NCBI GenBank assembly: GCA_001687465.1
Contig: LVLI01000127.1
Span: 1-64,000 of the forward strand
Source of the DNA: Halocafeteria seosinensis
Taxonomy: Eukaryota
Length of the DNA: 64,000 nucleotides
Direction: 5' to 3'
Shown one piece after another: positions 1-12,602 of the stretch. The notes below the pieces were generated by a model. That model made no database searches. It was not told the DNA's origin and was given only the letters and a program-made list of their open reading frames with translations. Every line of letters begins with the position of its first letter. Position 1 is the stretch's first letter. Position numbers and translations under genes: made by a program.

Positions 1-2477
1 AGTGTGATGACTGGTAAAGGTAATGGTTTCGGAGAGTGTTCTGGACCAGGAAAACCTTCCGACAGGTCCCATCGAGGAGCTTCCCATGGTGGACTGGGCA
101 CTTTAGAAAGTGTCGAAAAGTTTATCCAAAAGGAGAATAAGATGGCCGCCTACGACGATGTGTTTTTGCCGCAATGGGCAGGAAGTGGTGGTTGCGATCC
201 GAACAATGGTGGAGATGGTGGGAGTGGAGGAGCATACTTGGATTTACGGGTTCAGGGATCCAGTGAGATTCGTGGTACAATCGACTTGAGTGGTGGTGAC
301 GCCAAGGGTACGAGTCGTCACCTTGATGGGTACGTATAGATTTCGGTATGTCCGTGTCGGCAATCTTGTCTTGTGATGTACTGTATGATTTTGGATGTCG
401 CAGAGAGGGAGGTGGTTCAGGAGGTGGTCTTCTGTTCCGGACCGATATTCTTCGAGATAGTACTGGCACCTTTCTTGTAAATGGTGGGAAGGGGCGAAAC
501 CCCTCTCGAGATCCACTTGGGTATGGAGGAGGTGGTGGTCGTATTGCCTTGTATTGTAACTTTGTTCTCAATACGGAAGACGGTGCGAACTCGGAGGATT
601 CCCATCGTTTAACGGTGCAGGCATACGGCGGTGATATTATAGATTTTGAAGGACATAGATCCGGTCCCGGTACATTTTATCATGAGTGTGGTGGCAATGC
701 CTCGTCGAGGCATCTGATTGTTGACAATGGTGAGGTGAGTTTTAGCTCCTCTGAAATTGGCTACTCTATATTGATTGCGAGCACGCCTTCGCTCTGGATT
801 GATGTTGTTGCCGTTACTAATTCTGTTCTGCACATAAGTCCGTCCTCGGAAGAGGGTGAAAGGGGGGTAAATCTGGTCAGTATTCGTGGAGAGAAGAATG
901 GCAAAATCGAATTTGGGGAACGCGTTGTTGCTGTCTTAGGCATGAGCAGCGAAAAGTTTTCGCTGAAGGACAATAAAATATCAGTGCAGATGCTTCCGCA
1001 CGGTGAACGCATCTGGCGTTCAACAGCGACTTTTTATACAGATACACTTCTCCTAACAGAGATTGATTTGGTGTTTTCCAAGGGCTCAAAAGGAATATTG
1101 CCGCCTAACGTGTTCGTCTGTGGTCACACTATTACAAACAACGGGAGACTGCTAGGTGTTTCGAATATTACGTTTTGTCCTTCCGACGACCATGGTGAGA
1201 TTTTGGGATCCCAACAAATCGAGGGTTGCACACACCCACAGTTTGATAATTTTAATCCGTTGGCGACTTTAGATGACGGCTCGTGCAGTAATAATAACCT
1301 AACGTGGGGTTGCACCTACAGCGTTGCGATGGTAAGTTGGTGGGGGGATTAGCACATTTCGTATAGTAGGTGTCAGGTCATGTCACGAGGTTCGCTAACT
1401 TTGCAGAACTATGATCCTGTTGCATCAGTGAACGATGGAAGTTGCTCGCTTCCTCGAGATCTGGATGAAGGATGTCCATGCATTGAAGCGACTAACTTTA
1501 ATCCAAGCGCAGAACTGTTTGACGGCTCCTGTATCTATCCCAGAAAAGGATGCACATATACGGCAGCGTGGAATTACCAACGTGAGGCACAGTGGGATGA
1601 TGGATCGTGCAACTTTGGCCCGCTGGGTGAGCTCGGCCGGGCAGTGAACTCACTAGAAGACAAAGTCAGAAAGCTAGAGGAACAATTAATCGCGGACAGG
1701 CAAAAGATTGAACAATTGGAGGATGAGAAAGAAGAGCTCGCAAAGGAAAAAGAGAAACAAGAGAAGAGCTGTAGCCGTGAAATGGAGAGACTAGAGAGTG
1801 AGAACACCGATATAAGAGAAGAGAAACAACATCTGCAGGAGAACTTGGACGAATGTGAGAGTAAAAGAATCGACAGCAATAACGGAAAACAGCGCTTTCA
1901 AACATTGTTACGGCAATGTCGACAGCAGCGTTTGGGATGCAACACTACTGAGGATCACAGTCGACCGACTTTTAATGAATCCTCGTTCGAGTTATCCACT
2001 CAGCTTGTGGAGTTCACCGAGCGGAAGCACACAGTTCAACTCCCACGAAGAAACGCCGTATTCACATTAAGAAGAAAATTGCCTTCGGCAAAGCAGAGCA
2101 TCGGAAAGGGTACTATCGGAACCTCCGTGAAGACTATTGAGCGCACGGCCAAGGCTGACGTAGACTTCACACCCGTGAACACGTTTTTGGTGTGGAGACC
2201 AGGAGAGACGACAAAAACCATTTCCGTGTGTATAAATTCGGAGTCATTTTCCGGAAGTCTTCGAAGGTTCGACGTGGCCATAGATCCTTTTGTTATCCCT
2301 GGCGATTCCGTCAATGTCGTCACCTCTCTCAACTCCACTGCGATCGTCTATGTACATTCTCGGGAAACCACGGAAGATTTTGACAGCGATGCTGTATCCA
2401 AGCAACAGCGAATTTGGTGGGCATATTGGTCGCGACGTATTGGACAAGGTTATCAACCACCTACATCCACCTCATGA
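1..2477 (+). CDS. 5'-truncated large, probably extracellular protein: Gly-rich GGGSGG repeats, four Cys-rich GCT...DDGSC repeats, coiled coil, Calx-beta-like C-terminal domain
   Basis: ORFs 4..339, 348..1352 and 1380..2477 join in frame via GT-AG introns 330..403 and 1332..1406. Motifs include GGDGGSGG, EGGGSGGG, GGGGGRIALY and the Calx-beta-like TAKADVDFTPVNTFLVWRPGETTKTISVCI. Confidence 0.7.
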
Positions 2478-3068
2478 AGCCTTACTGCATTGATACCACT
2501 GATGCCACCCGATTTCATGAATTTGCATGTATTGTATACAGCGGGAATAAGGTTCGGTTCTGACTATAGTGCAGTGTAGAATCCCAAACCCAGTGGTTCA
2601 TGACGTATCATTCATACTGAATACACACGAGACTCGGATGGCTGTTACGTACATACACACGTGAGGTGGTTTGCACTGTTTTTGATATTACTACTAGGTG
2701 AGACTACCCAAACTTCCTGAAACCACTTGGCCCCTACGTTGCATTTACTGGAACCATGGTAATTTTGAGTACTAGGGACACACAAAAACCGCCAGCCCAG
2801 CTGTTGTTCCAAGGGCTACGTGTGTAGCCTGGCTGGTGCTAACCACTGGTTCATTGGCCCATTCAAGTGGTTTTCAGTGGCTCTTCATCAGCTATAGGTC
2901 AATATGATTACTTAGACACTTGGTATAACTTGGAACATGTGCGGTATGCGGCTAGCGAAGAGATTGGGACGACTGCTCGGAGCATGCCCGGTAGGAGCAA
3001 TACCACTGTACAAAACACACACGTACCGGTATGCTCTGTAGCAGGTTTGCAAGTTCTCTACAATTGGT

Positions 3069-3879
3069 TTACTTGAAGATAGCAAAGCCAATTATGACTA
3101 GTTGAACCAGGGCGGTAATACCGAGGAAGTTGCAAGGTTTGGTCACATTGTCGCTCATCCACTGAGGTTGGTACATCATTATCTCGAAACTCGTTTGGTT
3201 GGAACGGACAGCTCTCGCAGCCAGAATCCGGCGCTGGTCAACGGTCAACACCGATAGCTGTTCAATTTCGTTTATCGAAATTGAAAAGAATCTGTTTGCA
3301 GCGTCACCCCAAAGTGTACTCACCCTCACCAGTGGCAAACTCGTGCTGCCTAGTTTCCTCAGCTTGTACCGGTTGTATATGATAACGAAGAGTGCATCCA
3401 GAGAGGAGATAGTTGCAATTGGAAGCATCACCAGCTGAGCAATCCTCAACTGACCCTTACTTTCCAAAGGGGCCAATACGCAAGCGCATAGGACGTTAAG
3501 AAGCAGGAGCACATTGAGAAACATAAAAGGGATCATTGATTTTGGTCCCCCAACGAGATTGCCGCATCTTGGAATTCTCAGCCGAGCAACCCACATGAGA
3601 TGGAATGGCCAGTCAGTTTTAGCTTCATTGTTAAAAATAGACCAATCAAGGAGATTTAAGCAGAGGAATGCGTATGATATCTTATTTGGCCATCCTGTGG
3701 TCTCCATGCATGCTGTTGGAACCGTATCATCCTCAATTGACACCTGAGTGCTGCTTTGTGTTCCCCCAGCGATTAGCCGCTCCTGGGAAGCGTAAGCAGA
3801 TAGAGGTACGAGTCTTGTTACTCGTAAAACGTGTATGCTCACACAATGGCTGGTTCACAGTGTTTCTTACGTTGGACAT
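3069..3879 (-). CDS. Hypothetical multi-pass membrane protein
   Basis: ORF 3069..3842 has several hydrophobic segments. A likely short first exon (ATG 3879, MSN) splices via an intron ~3870..3783 to ERLIAGG. The start is uncertain. Confidence 0.45.
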
Positions 3880-5468
3880 CTTTCGATTTCCTGGCAGGGA
3901 GGTTCTTAACGTATTGTATTGTGGTTCACACACCCTTCCTGTACGGATGGATGTGAGCTACCAGCGTCCAATTCCCCAAGCAAAATAAGTGCGTTGCGCG
4001 ATAGCTCCAATCCGGATTTAGCAAAGTAGATTGTCTTTGTTTCTCACTGTGACTAATTCTTTGCTTAGTAGTTTGTCGCGTTTCCTTCCTGCACAATGCA
4101 CATTGCGTGGATCTCAGTCCAGCCGCGTTATTTTATTGGCCATCATAGTCTGATTTTGGTTTCTTCATTGTCACTCGGCAAGTCTTAGAAATACATCACG
4201 TACGTACTTTTTTCGCGGTTATTTGTGGCACAGATTTCAGAAAATCCACAATTGGCGAAGCAGACTGGGTGTTGGTTCGCAACCGAAACAAGACCAAACA
4301 CTTTGTGTATTGTATACGTCCTACCGGAAGAATCTACGAGGAAGCACTGTCAAAACACTTGTCGCCTGATAGTGGCTTTGCTTGGACGAGGCTGTGAGTC
4401 AATCGGTAAATCAGGGACACAGGACACTGTCACACAGGGTCCTTTGTCCCGACTCAAAATAAATTTAACGTCGCATGCTAGTACACAACTGTACATTGTC
4501 GTCTACTGATTCGCGATCTGCTTCATCGACGGCTCCATGGCGAAGTTTCCGAAAATCGCTTAAGCGTTTATCCCACCGACGGTCGGCGTGCATCTCCCGC
4601 GATACCTCCCGAAGAGAAAATGTGTTGCATGTGTCAGAGGAACACACGCAGGTAGGTATGTCATCCCCGTACTGAGTTTCAAAGCGCCGTAGCATTCGGG
4701 ATGCTGTTTACTGGTCAACCACTGTCAAGTACCAGAACCACAAGTCCATATTTGTTAGTTCTTCCGGAGAGCTTGAGAGTGATGGTCCGAATCCCTGGAA
4801 CCATCACATCTCAATTTGCTACTTTGGTATTCAATCGACTGAAAAGCCTCCGGCAGGAAGGACATGTGCGGCGACCCATGATTATCTGATCCTACTGCCA
4901 ATTTGTAACCCAAAACCGAAATTGGTAGTTTATTTTCCATCAACTGAACTGGGAAAGCTAAACAAGCAAAGCAACTGGACAGATTCGTGGTACTGTATCA
5001 ACCCGGATTCCAGACCGGTGACGTTTTTACTGTTGAAAATCGTGGTGAGTGAAGCAATTGACTACCCAAATTACTCAGCTACAGGGCTTTGTGGGCTCAT
5101 ACTGACTCAATCAACAGACCTGGAATTATACCGTCACGTCGGTCGCTGGGTCGAGTGACTCGAGTCATCTCCGGCAGCCGTTAACGATGTCTGCACAGGT
5201 CGCATGCGACCAGGAATGCAGAGGCATGTTGCTAGACAGAACTTTATAAGCCATTTTCACCTTTGTTAGATATTGTTTTGTAGGTAGTATCGACTACGAT
5301 GTGGGCTTTGCCACTCGAACAAGTAGTGTATGTGGCGTGCTAGTGTGATTCTGGTACGTGCGACTAGGCGTCTTTCATTCCAAGCGACAAGTTCAACATT
5401 TTTACTCCAAGGAAGCAAGCGAGCAAGGCAGCGACATTCACCCACTGGCGCAAAATAGTGGATAAAAG

Positions 5469-7137
5469 ATGGCGGCACGCTACGCAAGGACACGGGAAGG
5501 TGGGTCTGTCATGCAGTATAGCTGGGAAAACATTCCGCACTAAGTTCTGCTGCTTCCTCGCGGTTTGCCACAAACGCAGATACGAGTTTCCCGTATCAAG
5601 CTGATGAGAGACATGCTAGCGAAAACTCCAATTCCCAACACTCCCATCGAAGTGGAAGGGGAGAGCAACAGCTTGAGCAAGTTACTTGTTACTGCCCCGC
5701 ATCCACATCGGAGGAGTACCTCCCTCCTGAGGATCCGAATGAGCGAGCAATGTGGGCCTTTTCGCGGTACCGAGCAATTCAAACAGAATGTGATCATTTG
5801 TATCAAAGAATTGACGAGCTTGAACAAAAGGTGCAGCAGCGCGACAAGAGAGTCGAGGAGAGTCTGCGAAGTAACCAGGAATTGAAAGATCTCACCCGTC
5901 AGTTAACGCAGCGATACAATGATAAAGAAAGAGACAACAGAAAACTCAGAGAGACCATTGACAAGCTTGAAGAAGATAAATCTCAATTGCAGGAGGAAAT
6001 AAACAAGCTGAAAAAGCAAAGGGCATCGGACAAGAAGATGTTGGAATCTGTCCTCGAAGGGAAAACCGAAACTGACCAAACGCTGCAGAAAACTAGAGAG
6101 CAGCTGAAAACTGTACGTGCATCTGTTTTCGATTGATATTTCGTAAAATGTTTAACAAGTTACATTGGGATGCTGCAAAAGCACAGAACGAAAACCAACA
6201 TTCTCTGGAAATCAGCAACATCAAGTCTGTGCTCAACAGCGAGATCCAGACGTTAAGATCCGAGCTAAATAGTTCGAAGCAGAGGGAAGACAAACTTGTA
6301 GAAGAAACAAAAAATTTAAACCAAGCCATTACGGAGAAACAGGTAACCTATCTGCCAATGATGGTTTTGCTGTTAAGATAGGTGAAGAGTTGTAAGTCAC
6401 GGTTTGGCATGAATTGCGCAGAAAGAAGTTGATTCTACCTTGGCTGATTTGGACGAAGCCAAGAAAGCCGAGCAGAGCGCTCAGGAACAAATAGTCAAAG
6501 TTCGAAATGACTTACGAGACGAAGCTAAACAGGTAGCCGACCTAAGACAACAAGCGGAGGACCAATTGGAGCACACTCGTCACACAGAGAGCCAGGTAAG
6601 TGGTACATATGCAAGTACCACTTGAAGAAGTGAAGTACCTCTCCATCACTTGGTCTCCCGCAGCTTCATGAGTACCAGGGAAGGTGTGAATCCCAAGAGG
6701 ACGAGCTATCTGAATTAAAACAAACTGTTCGTGAATACCGGAACACGATTGACGAGCAGCGGAGCTCTCTGGAATCTTCGGCAAAGAGAATCATTCAATT
6801 GGAGCGACAACGGGATTCTTACAGAAAGCAGTTGTGTAAGGAGAGGATAGAAGAGTTAGATCAGAAAATTGAGAAGATGGAAGTTACTGATGAAGAAATG
6901 AAGAAATCGATCGAGCAGTCGCGCAAACATGCACAATTGGAAGAAGCGAGTAACGCTGCTACCGCTAAGAACAGCCGGGCTAGCCTGAAAGAGATTCGAA
7001 ACAGTAAGAATAAGAAGCCCGAAAAGTCGACTACTGAGAAGTCTTCCGGTGATTCCCGCAAGAGTACCACCGCTAGTTCTCGGCCAAAATCAGGAGGTGT
7101 TTCATTCAAGGAGAACGTGAAGACTTCCTCCAGCTGA
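5469..7137 (+). CDS. Coiled-coil protein of unknown function (multi-exon)
   Basis: ATG 5469 (MAARYARTRE) splices via intron ~5500..5579 in frame into the 5750 ORF. Further E/K/Q-rich heptad exons (6133.., 6440.., ..7137) are separated by GT-AG introns. Confidence 0.7.
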
Positions 7138-8149
7138 AAACGATCTCAAGAATTAAAAAACCAACTTTCCTCTGTTCCTACTTGCCTTGAAGGAATTCTG
7201 CTTGTTGTGTTGGTTCCGTTATTTGTGGAACATCTTGTGAATAGTCGTATATGCCTTTGCATGCGTGAAGAAACAGGACAAAAATATCCTTGAATAGTTT
7301 CACAATGGCAACTTTGATGTTAGAGACTTGGGTACCGCACACATGCAATCCTCAGGTAGTCTCGCAATACTGTACTTCCCATGTTGATGACTATAGAATC
7401 TGAAACGGAGGGGATTACGCCATTCTCCGTATGTACTACAATTAGTAGGTATATACTATATATGGTATGGTATATATATATATACAAAAAAATATGTAGT
7501 GTTTTTGATGTGCAATGGGTCTTCGGAGGATACATTGCCGTCTTCGGATGTCGTATAAGATTTGTTTACTCAGTGTTTACAGCGTTATCCCTATCTACCA
7601 ATGATGTTCTCTCATTGGCGGGGAGAGCTTCCCAAATTCGCGTACGTATTTCTTGCTTCACTTGGCATCATACGATGTACTTAGTCAAATTGTTTCTCGA
7701 GTTTCCGAGAGATTGTCTGAACTTATATCAAGGGAGCAAAACAACGGTCAATATACTCCGTTGTCGTGTTGGTTCCTAATCTATGGAATATTTTCCGTGT
7801 CACTTGGGAATCCAAGTTGGGATATGTGGCGTATAACAACGTAGCTTTTCACACCTGTATGCATCGATACCCAAATAAACTACAGTAACTGTGCGAAGCT
7901 TAAATACGTCTCATATTTGTTGCTATACAACATATTGCAGAGTCGTGGACTTCCTACCACCCTTAACGCCCTTAAGCCAGTGTTAGTAAGGTTTACGTGT
8001 TAAATTTATTACATTACTATATACGAATGAGTTGATTGAATTGTGTATCACTACTGCTTGTTCCTTTGTTGGATGGATAGATAGATAAATAGATAGACTT
8101 GTCTATTCTATCCCTGTCTGTAAGTGTATCGGCTCCTCTTGTGTATGGT

Positions 8150-9625
8150 ATGGCCTCCTCCTCCTCGTCTCGTCGAGTCGAAGGCGCTCCAGCAGCTGCA
8201 GCAGGAGGCAGAGCCAGTACACAGCATCGTAACCATACCAACAATACCCACGAAGGAGGCGGCGGGTATCCTCCGACGGTGTTATCGCAAACGAAACGAG
8301 CATCAGAAGGCATAATGATGGAGGAAGAGGACTCCAATGAAGACGATGATTCTTCGTAAGTCCCTCTCTCTTTCCCCTCGTTTTTCAGGCTAATTAGACA
8401 CGATTTCCAAGCTTTGCAGAATATTAACAGAGCAGCCTAGTACATGGATCTCATGGTTCTGCAATCTACGAGGGAACGAGTTTTTCTGCGAAGTGGAGGA
8501 GGACTTTATCGAGGATGGATTCAATCTGACAGGACTGGCCAATCAAGTCCCTTATTACGAATACGCGCTCGATACCATACTAGACATGGAGCCACCAGGA
8601 AGTACGTCATTATACCTTACTGTTGCATGCATGTGTGCATTGTGTACGTGTGTGTGTGTGTGTGTCTGCAGCCTTGGGGGAAGATGAGCTGGAGATTGTG
8701 GACTCGTCAGCGGAACTGCTATACGGATTAATACATGCACGGTATATTATAACCACTCGGGGGCTCAAAGCCATGGTAAGTCATCAAACCACCCTTGCTA
8801 TCCTAGCTGCTGGGGTCATTCTGTGTCCATCTCGTATCTAGTCGTATCTAGCAAGCAAGTAAGGGAGAGAGTCTCCTCGATTCATGGGATCATTTTTTGT
8901 CTTCCTGTTTTCTCTTGAATGAATGAATTGCACTTTTGCTTAAAACATGCTTGTGGTGATTACAGCGAGAAAAATACGAAGCACTGGATTTTGGAAGGTG
9001 TCATCGAGTGTATTGTGAGGGCCAAGCCGTGCTCCCCATGGGCCTCAGTGATATTCCCAGGCAACGAACAGTGAACCTATTTTGTCCTCGATGCAACGAC
9101 ATATACTATCCGAAATCGTCACGACAGGGGGACATTGATGGTGCTTTTTTCGGAACAACATTTCCACACTTATTTTTTATGCAATTTCCAGAAACGAGAC
9201 CTCCACCACCGACGCACGTGTACAGACCACGAGTCTTCGGGTTCAAGATATATAGAGGTCAGCTAGACGAAGATAGTACAGAAGAACAAAAGGAAGAAAC
9301 AGCAAGGGCTGACGGTAGACCCCATTCACAATCAGTAAGGTTACTTCCAGCGTTTCCTGAAGTAGACGCATCCAACGGTGCAAGTGCAACGACGAATAAA
9401 GAAGGCGCTACCGTGGATCAGAAGAGCAACGTAATTACTGGTTCGGCTACTGCCCACAATAATGCAGCAGCCACCTCTCCCAAGGAAGGTGTAAGCAGTC
9501 CTAACAACTCTCGGAAATCCGCCACGAGCCGTCTCGCCAACTCAGCAGAATCCGTTGCATCAGAAGTTGCCGCCAAGGTAAACATACGAGATAAAGGCAA
9601 GGGAGGTGATAAGAATGAAAAGTGA
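8150..9625 (+). CDS. CKB1: Casein kinase II regulatory subunit beta
   Basis: The spliced product contains [58 protein letters not shown], the zinc ribbon [10 protein letters not shown] and [14 protein letters not shown]. Three introns, the first at 8356..8419. Confidence 0.97.
8648..8666. repeat. (GT)n microsatellite in CK2 beta intron 2
   Basis: A gtgtgtgtgtgtgtgtgt run is directly visible. Confidence 0.85.
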
Positions 9626-9796
9626 GAATTTGTTGGTAAAGAAAGAGGTAGATGTATAGGTACTCAGTATGCCGAGGAGTTTATGTATATATTAGAGGAT
9701 TGGTAATACGACGAAGAATCAGGGCAATCTTAATCAATAGAGATTCATCTTTTAAATATCCAGTTTTTGCTAATACCACCATATCAAATTATTTCT

Positions 9797-11666
9797 TTAC
9801 TTCTTGACATCTGGCAAATTGGGAGCATTGCTGGCTATCCACTTGGTTGTAATACTCTTTGGCCGTTCAATTGGGAGACCAAGGGCTCGGTCCCAGAACA
9901 GCTGTGACAGCACTCCAAAAGCACGGGATACTCCGAACAGCACAGTGTAGTAGTTGTGCTCCGTTAGACCGTAATGCACTAACAAGACCCCAGAGTGAGC
10001 ATCAACGTTTGGCCAAGGGTTCTTGCTCTTTCCGTGTTCCAAGAGAACATCTGGAACAACTTCGTAAATTGTCGACACAATTTGGAATAAACGATCATCC
10101 GGAAGGTATTTTTGAGCAAACTCCCTCTGGCATGTATAACGTGGATCGGTTTTTCGAAGAACAGCATGACCGTAACCAGGGATGACTTTCCCTGAATTTA
10201 GAGTTTCCCAGGCATATTGCTTAATGGTGTCGTGATTTACTTCCTTACCCTCTTTCTTGAAGTTGTTGTCCAACTGTAGGATCCATCGTAAAACTTCCTG
10301 GTTGGCCAACCCATGGAGGGGTCCAGCAAGACCGTTCATTCCAGCCGAAAACGAGAAGTACGGATCTGAAAGTGCCGATCCGACTAAATGAGTCGCATGA
10401 GCTGAGACATTACCCCCTTCATGGTCGGAATGGATCGTCAAGTAGAGACGCATGAGCTCATCGAACTCAGAGTTATTGAAACCGAGCATTCTCGCAAAGT
10501 TGGCACTATAATCCAAGCTGTCGTCATAGGACGCCACTTTTCCATCATGGAATGTCTGTCTGTAAATCAATGCAGCGACGCGGGGTAAACGAGCGATCAA
10601 GTTCAGCACATCGTCAAGGGTGTAACGCCAATATTCGTCCTTTCTAACTCCATCTTGATAGGCGGCGGCAAATTTGCTGTCCGTTTGCATGGCCAACACA
10701 GCAGAAGAAAGCTGAGTCATGGGATGCATTTCCTTCGGGAATGACCGAATGAGTGGTTCAACGTGGTCTGGCAGGGCTGAGCGGCGGTGCAACTCAGCAG
10801 TCAAGCCATCCACTTGTTCTTTGGATGGTATTTCGTCCGTCAGGAGTAACCACAAAAGACCCTCTGGTTGAGGCTCTCCAGTGCTAACGTTTCTAGGGAG
10901 TTTCTCTTGCAATTCAGGTATCGAGTAGCCGCGGAACCGGATACCCTGTGAAAACCCATCGGGAGAACATGAAAGCGTCCAATGATGACTTTGCTTTCGA
11001 GACAAGAGCTCTGCTTACTTCTTCTGGATCGAGTAATGATGTATCCCACAACAAACAGTTGACTCCACGAGCACCACCAATTGTCTGCAAGTAGAATCAT
11101 GAATACAGTCTGAAGTAGGGGGGTACCAAGAGGCTGCCATCGTCATACCTGTTCCACAGCGACTTCACCGAGGGATTTATTCCCGTAGGTTTTTTGAATA
11201 TTTTTAAGCTCTTCACGCTTCCCAGGGACCAATTCCGTCAAGCGATCTTGCAGCTGAAGCCATCAGATGAGACAAGTGTCAAAAAAGCCACGAATTCCAT
11301 GGAGGACCACGGTCCAACTAGCCACTTACCCCACTCGCGAATGCCGGGGAACTCGTCTGGAACCCTCGACGGAAGGTGGACAACTGCGTGGGCAATGCCT
11401 GCAGGATTTCAGAGTACAAGTGAATGAATGAAGCCATCAAACATACACTTATGTGTGGGGATAAAAGACAAGGGAAACTCATAGGGAACAAAAAGCATGC
11501 AGGGAGCAAGCTTTGCTTCGCCATAACTCCACGGTCTTTCACAGGCACGCGTCTCGCGCTTGGTTCAGCCAGCATAGGGTGTTAGGCATAAATTTAAGAA
11601 CATAACAAGAGGGCATACCTGGCGGCATCGCTTCAGCAATGTCTGCGTCGCTACCAAGGAATTCAT
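9797..11666 (-). CDS. CS: Citrate synthase, mitochondrial (eukaryotic type), 5 exons
   Basis: Exons read [16 protein letters not shown] / [23 protein letters not shown] (transit-peptide-like) / [19 protein letters not shown] / [22 protein letters not shown] / [11 protein letters not shown]. Catalytic motifs [35 protein letters not shown] and PNVDAHSG are present. Confidence 0.97.
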
Positions 11667-12602
11667 CGCGTAGAATGTCTTCCAGCAAGGCTTTAACTAG
11701 ATACAGCTGGCAAATCAGTTATCCCTACGCGTCAAGCACGCACAGATTCAGTAACTTTCCTCTCTCGAATATCGGACTGGTCAATGGATCTCACACAACT
11801 ACCTCTATGAGCTTCGGGAAGATGGAAGATATGCGGCTGCGAGAAGCAGCAATCATATGTTTCATTTCTTGAGAAGCACTGCACTTCATTCATGTTAGAG
11901 GATGTGTTTGGCCACGTTGACCCCATCACAGTGAATTAAGGCAACGGTATATGTCGTGTGAATGTTTGCTGTACGTCTACCTAGTATCATGCGCTCCGGT
12001 TTGCCACAGCGCTTGTTCTGGATACCACGTCAGCAGTGACTCACGGTGTGCCACCCAATTCAACGCGGCCAACCAACGTGTCATGTACCGAATACACGAT
12101 ACTGGCGTATCGTTTTAGATTGCACTCGTTTATTTGATTGATTTGTTAAGATTCTCTATATTCCTTTAGAATTTTGTAGCGATCCATAATGGCCAGGGGC
12201 AACTTCCGTAACTCCGGTATTGCATTGCATTGCCTTGCTGCACCACCTATGGTAAAGTCCGGACGATCCACCCTTCTACGTAGAAACGTAATTGTGCTCT
12301 CTTATAGTCTATACTGTGTGGGAAGTCATTCTCAGTAGCAGAGCGGCCACTGGCAGGCTGTGCCAGTGCCAGCTCGTGGTTGTTGAAGCCACCAACTTCA
12401 ACCTCGGATCGCTGAAATGTTTTCAGGACTATACGACGGATTTTGTTCCTGTACTTAACTGTCTCCAAGAATTATAGCTAGTAAGAGGTTCAAACACCCC
12501 TTGCAGAGTGTTTGTGTGTCTTGGAGCCGCGGCTGAATTGATTCTGGCGTCCGAGGATTGTGAGGACCAGAATCGTTGACGACAACTGCATCACGGACAG
12601 AG

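Noticed and set aside
5466..5476. YY1-like motif AAGATGGCGGC
   Set aside because: It is simply the start-codon context of the coiled-coil gene (ATG 5469).
7260..8100. AT-rich ORFs (7381..7779 etc.) with TA and ATAG microsatellites
   Set aside because: No recognisable motifs and the frames run through simple repeats, so this is likely intergenic.
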